A stretch of 39,574 nucleotides of DNA, taken from NCBI GenBank assembly GCA_964603415.1, contig CAZRUN010000001.1, positions 1 to 39,574 of the forward strand. Direction: 5' to 3'. This DNA is from an uncultured Candidatus Saccharibacteria bacterium (GTDB lineage Bacteria > Patescibacteriota > Minisyncoccia > Phycocordibacterales > UBA9973). Below are positions 13,966-21,707 of this stretch, piece after piece (positions within the stretch are counted from its first letter, which is position 1; every line of letters starts with the position of its first letter). The notes below the pieces were generated by a model. It was not told the origin of the DNA. It worked only from the letters and a program-made list of their open reading frames with translations, and ran no database searches. Made by a program: the position numbers and the translations under genes.

Positions 13966-14279
13966 GAACATGACTTTTTAAAAGTTGTGTTCAAGTCATG
14001 TACAGTCATGTACGGATCTGCTAAAAATGGGCGAAAAACGTACACAAGTACACAAGTGTACATGACTTTTTTAAAAGTCATGTACGGATTATATGTATAT
14101 AATATAATGGTTAAATGGAAAACGTACACAAGTACATGACTTTTTTTATAAAACTGTTTGTAAAATTATATAGGTATATAGTGCCAAAAAACCCTTATAA
14201 ATTGATTTTATATATAATAGAAAAGTTTATAGCAAAAAGTCATGTACTTGTGTACACACACATTTGACAGTGTGTCAAA
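13966..14279. repeat. Iteron/palindrome array: 9-mer GTCATGTAC/GTACATGAC and 8-mer GTACACAA
   Basis: Perfect 9-mers lie at 13995, 14005, 14058, 14077, 14132 and 14239, with a degenerate copy at 13966. A 28-bp palindrome spans 14058-14085. The 17-mer GTACACAAGTACATGAC (14124-14140) has a perfect inverted copy at 14239-14255, and the two flank a ~98-bp AT-rich spacer. The hairpin TTTGACA-GTG-TGTCAAA lies at 14263-14279. Confidence 0.85.
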
Positions 14280-14411
14280 CGGTTCAGTGTAATTTTATAA
14301 CCAGTTAATACTACTTGCGGTCTATGTAACTATTCTGCTATACTATCCCAAGAGGTTCGAAACCTCGATATTAAAAACAATCTATGGTAGTGATAGTATC
14401 TACCAATCATT

Positions 14412-15053
14412 ATGGATTTAGGATTACAAACACGAAGTCGAGATAAGTTTATCTCAATTATTAACGGGAAGTTTACATTACGAGTACCAACAGGAACACC
14501 TGGATCAGTTACACGAGTAAACAAGAATAATGTCGAAGTTTCTGAAATGCTATTTGATTCATTTGCTGGATACCTTACAGGGATCAGTACACGAAGTCAC
14601 GAGCAATATGGAAAGCAGTGGTCATTTGAATTATCTACTGGAAAGGAAACGTATGTATTTACAGCTCCTTACTCAGACGCTTACTCAAAGACATTGCTCA
14701 AGGTGTTACCTAACTTGGATCTTACACAGCCTATCAAGTTGTCACCAAGTGTTAAAGAGGAAGATGGTAAGACTAAGAAGTCATTGTTCATTGAACAAGA
14801 CGGAAAGGTTATCTCACACTTCTTTAAGAAAGGTGAGAACGGATTACCTGATATGGAATTGATTAAAGTTAAAGGTAACGATACATGGGACGATACGAAG
14901 CAAATGGCGTTCCTAGAGGATTATGTTGAGACTACAGTGAAACCTAAGCTCAAGACGTCTACGCTTGCTGTAGAGGCTCCTGTGCAGTCTGAGGGGCATC
15001 AATGGGAGGAAGAGCTATCTGCAGATGTTGCAGTTGAAGACTTGCCTTTTTAA
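14412..15053 (+). CDS. Hypothetical protein, putative non-canonical ssDNA-binding protein
   Basis: The acidic C-terminal tail ends ...EEELSADVAVEDLPF, resembling the D-D-(I/L)-P-F tip of bacterial and phage SSBs. It is the first gene next to the putative origin. I do not recognise an OB fold in the N-terminal part. Confidence 0.45.
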   Translation: MDLGLQTRSRDKFISIINGKFTLRVPTGTPGSVTRVNKNNVEVSEMLFDSFAGYLTGISTRSHEQYGKQWSFELSTGKETYVFTAPYSDAYSKTLLKVLPNLDLTQPIKLSPSVKEEDGKTKKSLFIEQDGKVISHFFKKGENGLPDMELIKVKGNDTWDDTKQMAFLEDYVETTVKPKLKTSTLAVEAPVQSEGHQWEEELSADVAVEDLPF

Positions 15054-15083
15054 AACCCTGTGATAGTCTAAGGAATTATTAGT

Positions 15084-15110
15084 TAAAAAAAGCCGACGGG
15101 CTTTTTTTTG
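15084..15110 (+). terminator. Rho-independent terminator
   Basis: AAAAAAAGCC-GACG-GGCTTTTTTTT. Confidence 0.8.
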
Positions 15111-15139
15111 TTGTTGTAATTTTATTTTTATGGTATAAT
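15111..15139 (+). promoter_or_regulatory. Sigma70-type promoter with extended -10 (TTGTTG, 17 nt, TGGTATAAT); near-leaderless terS mRNA
   Basis: The -10 element ends at 15139 and the ATG is at 15149, so the predicted 5' UTR is about 3 nt. Confidence 0.65.
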
Positions 15140-15148
15140 GTTTTTATT

Positions 15149-15565
15149 ATGGGAGCACCTAAAGGAACAAGAGTAATTAAAAATAAATTAGGTAGACCGA
15201 GTGAATATGGTCAACACATGGTTGAGAAAGCTAAAAAGTATCTTGAAGAATGTCAGGACTCATTTAAGAATGGTAAAATTGAAGTAAAGTTTCCAAATAA
15301 AGGTGGAATGGCACTTTATCTTGGCGTAAATCGTGATACTTTGTTTGATTGGGCTGATAAATATCCCGAATTTTCCGATATTATGAAGGAATTAATGGCT
15401 AAACAAGAGGAGAGATTGCTTAATGGTGGACTATCAGGATCATATAATTCAACGATTGCTAAGCTTATTCTATCTAAACACGGTTATCGTGATGCACAAG
15501 AAATTACTGGTAAAGATGGAAAAGATTTTACACCGCCTACTATTCAAATTAATATGCCGAAATAA
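15149..15565 (+). CDS. terS: Terminase small subunit
   Basis: GRPSEY ... GMALYLGVNRDTLFDWADKYPEFSDI ... STIAKLILSKHGY fits a typical HTH-type TerS pattern. It lies immediately upstream of TerL. Confidence 0.8.
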   Translation: MGAPKGTRVIKNKLGRPSEYGQHMVEKAKKYLEECQDSFKNGKIEVKFPNKGGMALYLGVNRDTLFDWADKYPEFSDIMKELMAKQEERLLNGGLSGSYNSTIAKLILSKHGYRDAQEITGKDGKDFTPPTIQINMPK

Positions 15566-15570
15566 AAACC

Positions 15571-16956
15571 ATGGAAATAAACCCAACCAAAAAACAAGCA
15601 GAGGCTTGGAACTTATTACTTGATAATACAACTAAGTATGTTGTATTTGGAGGATCAGCCGGGGGTGGAAAAAGTTGGCTTATTTGTGAATGGTTACTGA
15701 CTCAATGTATAGCACACCCAGGATCAAAGTGGTTTGTTGGTCGTGACGAATTAAAGAAGATTATGTCATCGACGTTTCAAACGTTCATTAAGGTATGTAA
15801 TTTTCATAAGATAGATTCTAGTTTGTGGAAATTAAACGGGCAATATAACTATATCGAGTTCACAAACGGCTCGAGAATCGACTTGTTGGACCTTAAACTA
15901 TTACCTACTGACCCATTATTCGAACGATTTGGGTCGATGGAGTTTACTGGAGGGGCTATTGAAGAAGCCGGAGAGGTTCATGCAAACGCTTTTGAGATCT
16001 TAAAGTCACGTATTGGGCGACATATGGCTGATTCATGCTATCCAAAGATACTTATTACTTGCAACCCAAAGAAGAATTGGTTGTATTATGACTTCTATCT
16101 GCCTTGGAAAGAGCAAAGATTGGTATCACCGTACGCTTTTATTCATGCAGCCTACAATGATAACCCGTATACAGCTGAAGTTTATGGTGAACAATTGAGT
16201 GGACTTAAAGATAAAGTGCAACGAGAACGTCTCATGATGGGTAACTGGGAATATGATGATGATGAGAATGCGATATTATCTTATCGTGACATTATGTCAT
16301 TGTTTGAAGTATCAGGAACGACAGGTGCTAAGTACATGACGGTTGATCCGGCATTCTTAGGAAAAGATGAGGCAGTTATTTATGTTTGGAATGGGTGGAT
16401 TGTTGAAAAAATTATATCAATCCCAAAGACTGACCATGAAACATTATTAATGCTGATTGATATGTATTCAAAGCAATATGATATCCCAAGACGTAACATT
16501 GTAGCCGATGCAGTGGGTGAAGGAGCTTACTTACCTAACTTAATGCGTGGAATACGAGGGTTTATCGGTGGAAGTAGTGCGTTAGGTGATAAGGATCACA
16601 GGCTTGATGAGCTTAAACGACCGTTTTATGCCAACCTACGCAGTCAATGTATCTATGAAATAGCCCAAAAGATTAAATTAGGGCAGGTGAGAGTCGAGTG
16701 TGATGATGAAGCTATCAAGGTAAAGCTCGTACAGGAGCTTGAACAGTGGAAGTTGAAGGCAGTTGATGATGATAGAAAGGTAGCAATCATAGGCAAGGAC
16801 GAGATCAAGGCGTCAATCGGACGTTCAACTGACTTCTCAGACTGTTTATCAATGCGAATGTTCTTTGAACTTGATGGAGTGAAACCAGTTTCGAGCGATG
16901 TTGCTCGTAGACAATTACAAGTAAACAAACAAAACTTCAATAAGTGGGCAATCTAG
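15571..16956 (+). CDS. terL: Terminase large subunit
   Basis: Walker A VVFGGSAGGGKSW. The size (461 aa) and the position between TerS and the portal also fit. Confidence 0.85.
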   Translation: MEINPTKKQAEAWNLLLDNTTKYVVFGGSAGGGKSWLICEWLLTQCIAHPGSKWFVGRDELKKIMSSTFQTFIKVCNFHKIDSSLWKLNGQYNYIEFTNGSRIDLLDLKLLPTDPLFERFGSMEFTGGAIEEAGEVHANAFEILKSRIGRHMADSCYPKILITCNPKKNWLYYDFYLPWKEQRLVSPYAFIHAAYNDNPYTAEVYGEQLSGLKDKVQRERLMMGNWEYDDDENAILSYRDIMSLFEVSGTTGAKYMTVDPAFLGKDEAVIYVWNGWIVEKIISIPKTDHETLLMLIDMYSKQYDIPRRNIVADAVGEGAYLPNLMRGIRGFIGGSSALGDKDHRLDELKRPFYANLRSQCIYEIAQKIKLGQVRVECDDEAIKVKLVQELEQWKLKAVDDDRKVAIIGKDEIKASIGRSTDFSDCLSMRMFFELDGVKPVSSDVARRQLQVNKQNFNKWAI

Positions 16957-16987
16957 CTTGCTTATTTGTAAAGTATTGTGGTATAAT
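16957..16987 (+). promoter_or_regulatory. Promoter TTGCTT, 18 nt, TGGTATAAT; near-leaderless portal mRNA
   Basis: Nearly identical in layout to the 21009-21038 promoter (CTTGC.T...TTTGTA...TGGTATAATG). The ATG at 16999 lies 12 nt after the -10 element. Confidence 0.65.
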
Positions 16988-16998
16988 GATATATATTT

Positions 16999-18966
16999 AT
17001 GGCAAACTATGATCCAAAACGAGGAGCACCGGCACCATCATACTCTCAACACGAAGAAAAATACCGTGGTGAGATTTTAAACAACTTACAAAGAGCCTAT
17101 CAAGGGCGTGAACAACCACAAATGGAACTTGATGAGCGGTCTTATAGTCAGTATTACTTGATTAACCGTCAGGCAGACATGGCTTATAACCCTCCTAAGA
17201 ACAATCCAATGGACTCACGGATCGTTACAGGTATCGTTCATGAGAAGAATAACACTATTGAAAGCCTTGTAACATCAATGAACTTGCAACCTAAAGTAAG
17301 TTTGTACGATGAAGATGACCAAGAGTTGCAGGACTTCTCAATGTTGCTTACAGCAAAGCTTAAAAAGTCTTTGAAGCAAGAAATGTTTTCAGAAAAGCTT
17401 GCTGAGTATGTACGTGTAAACGTTGCACAAGGTAACGTATTCATTGCAGAAACAAAGAAACGAAAGATTAGTGTTAACAAAAACATTGTTGGAGATAAGT
17501 TGAAAGGTAAGATTACTACAGAGATTATTGATGAGGGAGAAGTTCTTGAATCAATGATTATCCCAAACACTTGTATCTACTTCCCGAACCTACTTGAACC
17601 GGATCTTAAAAAGCAACCGTATATTTATATGGTGATGCACATGCCGAGACATGCCGTTGAACAACAGTACAAGGACTTCCCACAATGGAAGCATGTACCG
17701 AAGTATCCAACCATGACTACACCGATGAACGAGTCAGGTAACTGGGGTGATTACTACCTACAACAACCACGAGAGGACTATATTGAAGTTATCATGTACC
17801 AAAATAAGCTACGCAATGAGTACAACGTATTCCTAAACGGAGTTATGATGTATCCAGTTGAAGAGCTTAAAGATGGTAATGAAACAGCTTGTATCGGATA
17901 TCCTTTGACTGAGTTCTCACCATCAGGTGAGTATACAATCGTAAAAGGAGACAATGAACGTATTCCGTTCTATGCGTATGGTAAATCTAACTCGATTAAA
18001 AACGAGGTAAAAGAAACTATTGCAAATGAATTGTTACGAATCATGATCCACAAGATGCGATATTCTTCATTCCCTACTCTTGGAAACAATTCTGATAAGG
18101 TACTTACGTCTGATATTTGGGCACCGTCAACGGTTATCCCTGATATTACACGAAGTGATGTTGAGGTATTGTTCCCTGACATGAAGATTGAAAATGCTGA
18201 CTTCTCATTCTATCAGTTGATTATGCAATCTATTGATGAGACTTCGGTTTCAAAATCAGTCGAGGGTACTAACAACGAAGACATTACAGCTACTCAGTAC
18301 ATTGACCAGAAGAAAGAAAACCTTAAAAAGCTTGGACTCATCATTGATGGTGTTATGAACTTCTTGAGAGACTTCTACTGGCTACGTTTGTACAATGAAA
18401 TTGAAAACCTTGATCGTAAGAAAAAAGTGTATTCAGTTGCAGAACAAAAGGAAATTGAAATGTATGAAAGCTTTACGTTCACCGACACTGTTGGAGGACA
18501 AGGAACTGAATTGCAGTTTAATTTCACAGATGAGATTAATGAAACTCCGGAAAGTATTTTCAAAAAAGAATTTGAATCAACTAAACCGATTAAGAGCATC
18601 TATCTTAAACCTAAAGAAACCAAGGAGATCATTAAGAAGCTACGCAATAAAATTTATATTGATGTAGTATCTGAACCAGAAGGACAGAATCAGTCACTCC
18701 TTGGAATCTTGTTTAATATCCTTGCTCAGTATTCAAACCTACGAGGTGGAGTACTTCCAAATCTTAACTTTGAATATCTTGATAAGATTATCAGTCAGAA
18801 CTCAGGTTTTGATGCAAGTGAGATCTTTAAGAAGATGCAGGAACCTATGGTTATGCCACAAATGCCAGGTATATCAGCTCCGACAGGGGCAGATGGACTG
18901 CCAACACAACAGCAACAACCTCAGAATAGTGTCCTTGCAGACCAAACAAACACGTTATCAATGTAA
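16999..18966 (+). CDS. Portal protein (by size and position)
   Basis: 655-aa ORF directly after TerL, with a Gln/Pro-rich C-terminal tail. I did not recognise a diagnostic motif by eye. Confidence 0.6.
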   Translation: MANYDPKRGAPAPSYSQHEEKYRGEILNNLQRAYQGREQPQMELDERSYSQYYLINRQADMAYNPPKNNPMDSRIVTGIVHEKNNTIESLVTSMNLQPKVSLYDEDDQELQDFSMLLTAKLKKSLKQEMFSEKLAEYVRVNVAQGNVFIAETKKRKISVNKNIVGDKLKGKITTEIIDEGEVLESMIIPNTCIYFPNLLEPDLKKQPYIYMVMHMPRHAVEQQYKDFPQWKHVPKYPTMTTPMNESGNWGDYYLQQPREDYIEVIMYQNKLRNEYNVFLNGVMMYPVEELKDGNETACIGYPLTEFSPSGEYTIVKGDNERIPFYAYGKSNSIKNEVKETIANELLRIMIHKMRYSSFPTLGNNSDKVLTSDIWAPSTVIPDITRSDVEVLFPDMKIENADFSFYQLIMQSIDETSVSKSVEGTNNEDITATQYIDQKKENLKKLGLIIDGVMNFLRDFYWLRLYNEIENLDRKKKVYSVAEQKEIEMYESFTFTDTVGGQGTELQFNFTDEINETPESIFKKEFESTKPIKSIYLKPKETKEIIKKLRNKIYIDVVSEPEGQNQSLLGILFNILAQYSNLRGGVLPNLNFEYLDKIISQNSGFDASEIFKKMQEPMVMPQMPGISAPTGADGLPTQQQQPQNSVLADQTNTLSM

Positions 18967-18978
18967 TAAAGAAACCAT

Positions 18979-19374
18979 ATGTTTGAAACCATTAAAAACC
19001 TTTTTACAAAAAAAGAAGAAGCACAAGACCCTGCACGAAACATGCGGGAGCTTTTGCGTGAGAACTTGACACTTGTTCCAATAGATGTGTTCTATATCGA
19101 TGATCCAATCCCTATGAAGGAGGAGGAACGTAAGAAATACCTCAAGGTGTTCAACGACTTGATGAAAGAACCGGAAGTTGAAGCAAGAATTAAATACCTC
19201 ACAAATAAACAAGCGAGAATGACATTACAGAACCATGACCCTACAACAGCAAGTCTTGGATCTGTAAACATTAACGGTATCTGTACCGTACTTGATGACT
19301 TTAAACGGTTATCTGATATGTACGATAAAGAAACCACTAAAGTCGAAACCTTTAATAAATATAATATTCTATAA
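18979..19374 (+). CDS. Hypothetical head-module protein (131 aa)
   Basis: ATG-initiated ORF between the portal and scaffold-like genes. Confidence 0.65.
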   Translation: MFETIKNLFTKKEEAQDPARNMRELLRENLTLVPIDVFYIDDPIPMKEEERKKYLKVFNDLMKEPEVEARIKYLTNKQARMTLQNHDPTTASLGSVNINGICTVLDDFKRLSDMYDKETTKVETFNKYNIL

Positions 19375-19378
19375 TAAA

Positions 19379-19948
19379 ATGCCGAAATTAATAACCGATG
19401 ACAATGGAGATGAGATTGAAGTGTTCACTGCTGAAGAAGCACAAGAACAAGCTGAGAAAGTAAAAGCTGAGTATGAAGCTAAACTAGCTGAAAAAGATGC
19501 TCACGTAAAAGAAAAATTGGACCAGTTCCAAAAAGCTAAAGGTGGTATCGATCTTGAAAAAGAAGAAATCATGAAAAAGCTTGAGTTAGAAACATCACAA
19601 GCTAAACAACTTGCTGAACAGGCGAACCTTGCTATTGCACAAGCGAACAAAGCTCGTGAAGATATGGTAAAGGAATACTGGATTAAGTCTGTTGTAGGTG
19701 AAGATGCTGATGCTATTGCAAAGATTAATTCAAACTTTGAAATGATTAACCTTGAAATCAAGTCTGAAGAAGACATCAAACGAAAGGTTGAGATGGCTAC
19801 TAACATGGCTGGTATTAATAAAATCAATGTGCCTCATTCACCATTTATCGGTGGTGGATACGCACCTAACCCTGCTAAAGATCCTAAGAACAACGCTGAT
19901 TATCAGCAATTCCTAAAGGATACAGGATTAGATAACATGCTCAAATAA
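19379..19948 (+). CDS. Putative scaffolding protein
   Basis: The ATG at 19379 (MPKLITDD...) is used. The protein is acidic, Ala/Glu/Lys-rich and coiled-coil-like (AEEAQEQAEKVKAEYEAKLAEKDAHVKEKL), and lies upstream of the capsid genes. Confidence 0.5.
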   Translation: MPKLITDDNGDEIEVFTAEEAQEQAEKVKAEYEAKLAEKDAHVKEKLDQFQKAKGGIDLEKEEIMKKLELETSQAKQLAEQANLAIAQANKAREDMVKEYWIKSVVGEDADAIAKINSNFEMINLEIKSEEDIKRKVEMATNMAGINKINVPHSPFIGGGYAPNPAKDPKNNADYQQFLKDTGLDNMLK

Positions 19949-19952
19949 TTAT

Positions 19953-20567
19953 ATGGCAAAAGAAAAAGCAACCAACGGAGAAATTGATCTTAATAAATCA
20001 ACACAAACCATCACTCCTGAAATGATGGACGCAATTAAATCGATTCTTGCTCAAGAAAAAGCAAATGATAAGAGTCGAGATAATTCATTCTCAGTACTTA
20101 CTGACGTACGTGACCCTAAGAAAATCGAACAAGTACGTATCAAGCGACTTGATGGTAAGTTCGTAATTGGATTCAAAGACTACAATACTGACCCATTCCG
20201 AAAGACACCTCGATACACAGTTAACAAAATGCACTTGGAACGAAAACTTCCTAACGAGCCTTTTATCACATTGCTCCTATCAACTGACGGAGAAACTATT
20301 GAAGAAAAAGAAATGCCTCACGTTGATTACATGAACTACCGAGAAGACTTTCCAGTAGATGTTATCGAAGTTAAAAAGCATCAGATTATTGAAAACAAAG
20401 GACTTATCACACAGAACCCATCAATGGCTTACGAAGTAGATAACAAAGGTCAGATGGTAAACAGTGGTATGATCCGACAAGAAGTGGTACGTGAAGAAAT
20501 TTCATTTATCATTCAATTACCAGGATTCGCTAACCCAATCGAAATCAAATCAGATTTCCTAGCATAA
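19953..20567 (+). CDS. Hypothetical structural-module protein (204 aa)
   Basis: ATGGCA start in the TTATATGGCA context. Confidence 0.65.
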   Translation: MAKEKATNGEIDLNKSTQTITPEMMDAIKSILAQEKANDKSRDNSFSVLTDVRDPKKIEQVRIKRLDGKFVIGFKDYNTDPFRKTPRYTVNKMHLERKLPNEPFITLLLSTDGETIEEKEMPHVDYMNYREDFPVDVIEVKKHQIIENKGLITQNPSMAYEVDNKGQMVNSGMIRQEVVREEISFIIQLPGFANPIEIKSDFLA

Positions 20568-20568
20568 T

Positions 20569-21003
20569 ATGGAAAATACAGAATATTCAAAAAAGATTTA
20601 TACAACAGTAAACGGACTAGCGAAGAAGTACTTGGAATCAATTACTCCTATCATTGAGAACGGACTATTCGACCCATCTGTATCAGATGAGGATCGTAAA
20701 GCACAGGAAGAAAAGATGGTTGACTTTCAACTAGAGTTCATTAAAACTATTGCAGAAACAGATTTGCAATGGACTAAAGTAGAACTTATCTTCTTACAGC
20801 TTGAATCATTGTTGCAACAGTCAAAGACATTCATTAAGAACACAGTATCATTGTGGGATAATGAAATTTCATCACGAAACTACGGTGTAAAAACAGCTGA
20901 AGGTAAATTCCGAAAGGAAGAAGTACCAGTTTCTGTTATCATCAAGGCACTTGAAGACGCTCGTAAAGCAACAGGAGACAATAAAGAAGATTTCTATAAT
21001 TAA
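20569..21003 (+). CDS. Hypothetical structural-module protein (144 aa)
   Basis: The ATG lies 1 nt after the upstream stop. Confidence 0.65.
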   Translation: MENTEYSKKIYTTVNGLAKKYLESITPIIENGLFDPSVSDEDRKAQEEKMVDFQLEFIKTIAETDLQWTKVELIFLQLESLLQQSKTFIKNTVSLWDNEISSRNYGVKTAEGKFRKEEVPVSVIIKALEDARKATGDNKEDFYN

Positions 21004-21008
21004 AAAAC

Positions 21009-21038
21009 TTGCATTGATTTGTATTATTATGGTATAAT
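21009..21038 (+). promoter_or_regulatory. Strong sigma70-type promoter (TTGCAT, 18 nt, TGGTATAAT)
   Basis: The -35 element is at 21009-21014 and the extended -10 at 21030-21038. It is a near-copy of the 16957-16987 promoter. Confidence 0.7.
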
Positions 21039-21044
21039 GTACAA

Positions 21045-21242
21045 GTAAAAGGTAGGTGCTATGATTTAGGTAACATTAGTTTCGATTAGTGTTACCAATA
21101 ATCCTTGCAGAAACCACGAGGAGGATACAATTAAGAGTCTGGAGAGACTGGGTTAACAGCCCCTAGCGAAAAACACTCTACCTAAAACACGAGTCGGCAG
21201 ACTTCTAAAAAATGCTAGGTACGCACGAAAGTGTGTTTTTTA
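21045..21242 (+). ncRNA. Candidate ~190-nt structured RNA or regulatory leader ending in an intrinsic terminator
   Basis: Closing helix: AGGTAGGTG (21050-21058) pairs with CACTCTACCT (21174-21183). A 12-bp hairpin with a TTCG loop spans 21069-21096. AGTCT-GGAG-AGACT lies at 21136-21149. The terminator ACGCAC-GAAA-GTGTGT plus a T-run spans 21221-21242. No credible ORF is present. Confidence 0.45.
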
Positions 21243-21274
21243 TTTATTACTTTTAATTTAATCCTAAATTATTT

Positions 21275-21676
21275 ATGGCAACACAAGCAAATTATCGCAA
21301 TAACGGAGCTATTTCTAAAAAGAAAGCTTCTACTGCATACAAAGTTGGTGACTTCCTTACTACTGATAGTAACGGATTCTTGGTACCAGCAGGAGGTGTA
21401 GCAGGTAAACTTGTTGGAATTTCTAACGAAGAAATTACAGCATCTTCATCTGACTACGCTTCTACACGAGATCTTAATATCTCAGGAGGTGGTTCACAAG
21501 TTGAATTCGAAATTCCAGTTATTACCGGAACAGCAACTCAAACATTAGTTGGAGAATTAGTAGATATCGATGCATCTGACTCACGAGGAGTTGATGTTAC
21601 AGCTTCTACTAACGACCAGATCCTTGTAACTCGAATCATCGATTCAGCTACAATCAAAGGAAAAATCGTTCTTTAA
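21275..21676 (+). CDS. Putative head decoration protein (DUF2190-like)
   Basis: 133-aa Gly/Val/Thr-rich protein immediately upstream of the major capsid gene. The pattern (GDFLTTDSNGFLVPAGG...GKLVGIS) resembles capsid cement proteins. Confidence 0.5.
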   Translation: MATQANYRNNGAISKKKASTAYKVGDFLTTDSNGFLVPAGGVAGKLVGISNEEITASSSDYASTRDLNISGGGSQVEFEIPVITGTATQTLVGELVDIDASDSRGVDVTASTNDQILVTRIIDSATIKGKIVL

Positions 21677-21707
21677 TCATTACTCATTAACTTAAATATA
21701 AACATAT

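Noticed and set aside
13933-14139. 68-aa plus-strand ORF in the control region
   Set aside because: It is composed almost entirely of the GTACATGAC/GTACACAA repeat units (the peptide repeats KTYTST and VMYG), so it is an artefact of the iterons.
13995-14255. CRISPR array or MITE interpretation of the repeated 9-17-mers
   Set aside because: The repeats are too short, irregularly spaced and in both orientations, which does not fit CRISPR, and no cas genes are present. A MITE with 17-bp terminal inverted repeats (14124-14255) is conceivable, but there is no target-site duplication and the same motif recurs outside the element.
14305-14375. tRNA-like T-arm (AGAGG-TTCGAAA-CCTCG) with a possible 6-bp acceptor stem
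   Set aside because: No D-arm or anticodon stem can be drawn in the intervening sequence, and the T-stem and acceptor stem both carry mismatches. It is more simply a GAGGTT-CGA-AACCTC hairpin in the 5' UTR of the 14412 gene.
14530-14862. 110-aa out-of-frame plus-strand ORF inside the SSB-like gene, and the minus-strand ORF 14330-14524
   Set aside because: They overlap a longer, better-contexted ORF and have no independent support.
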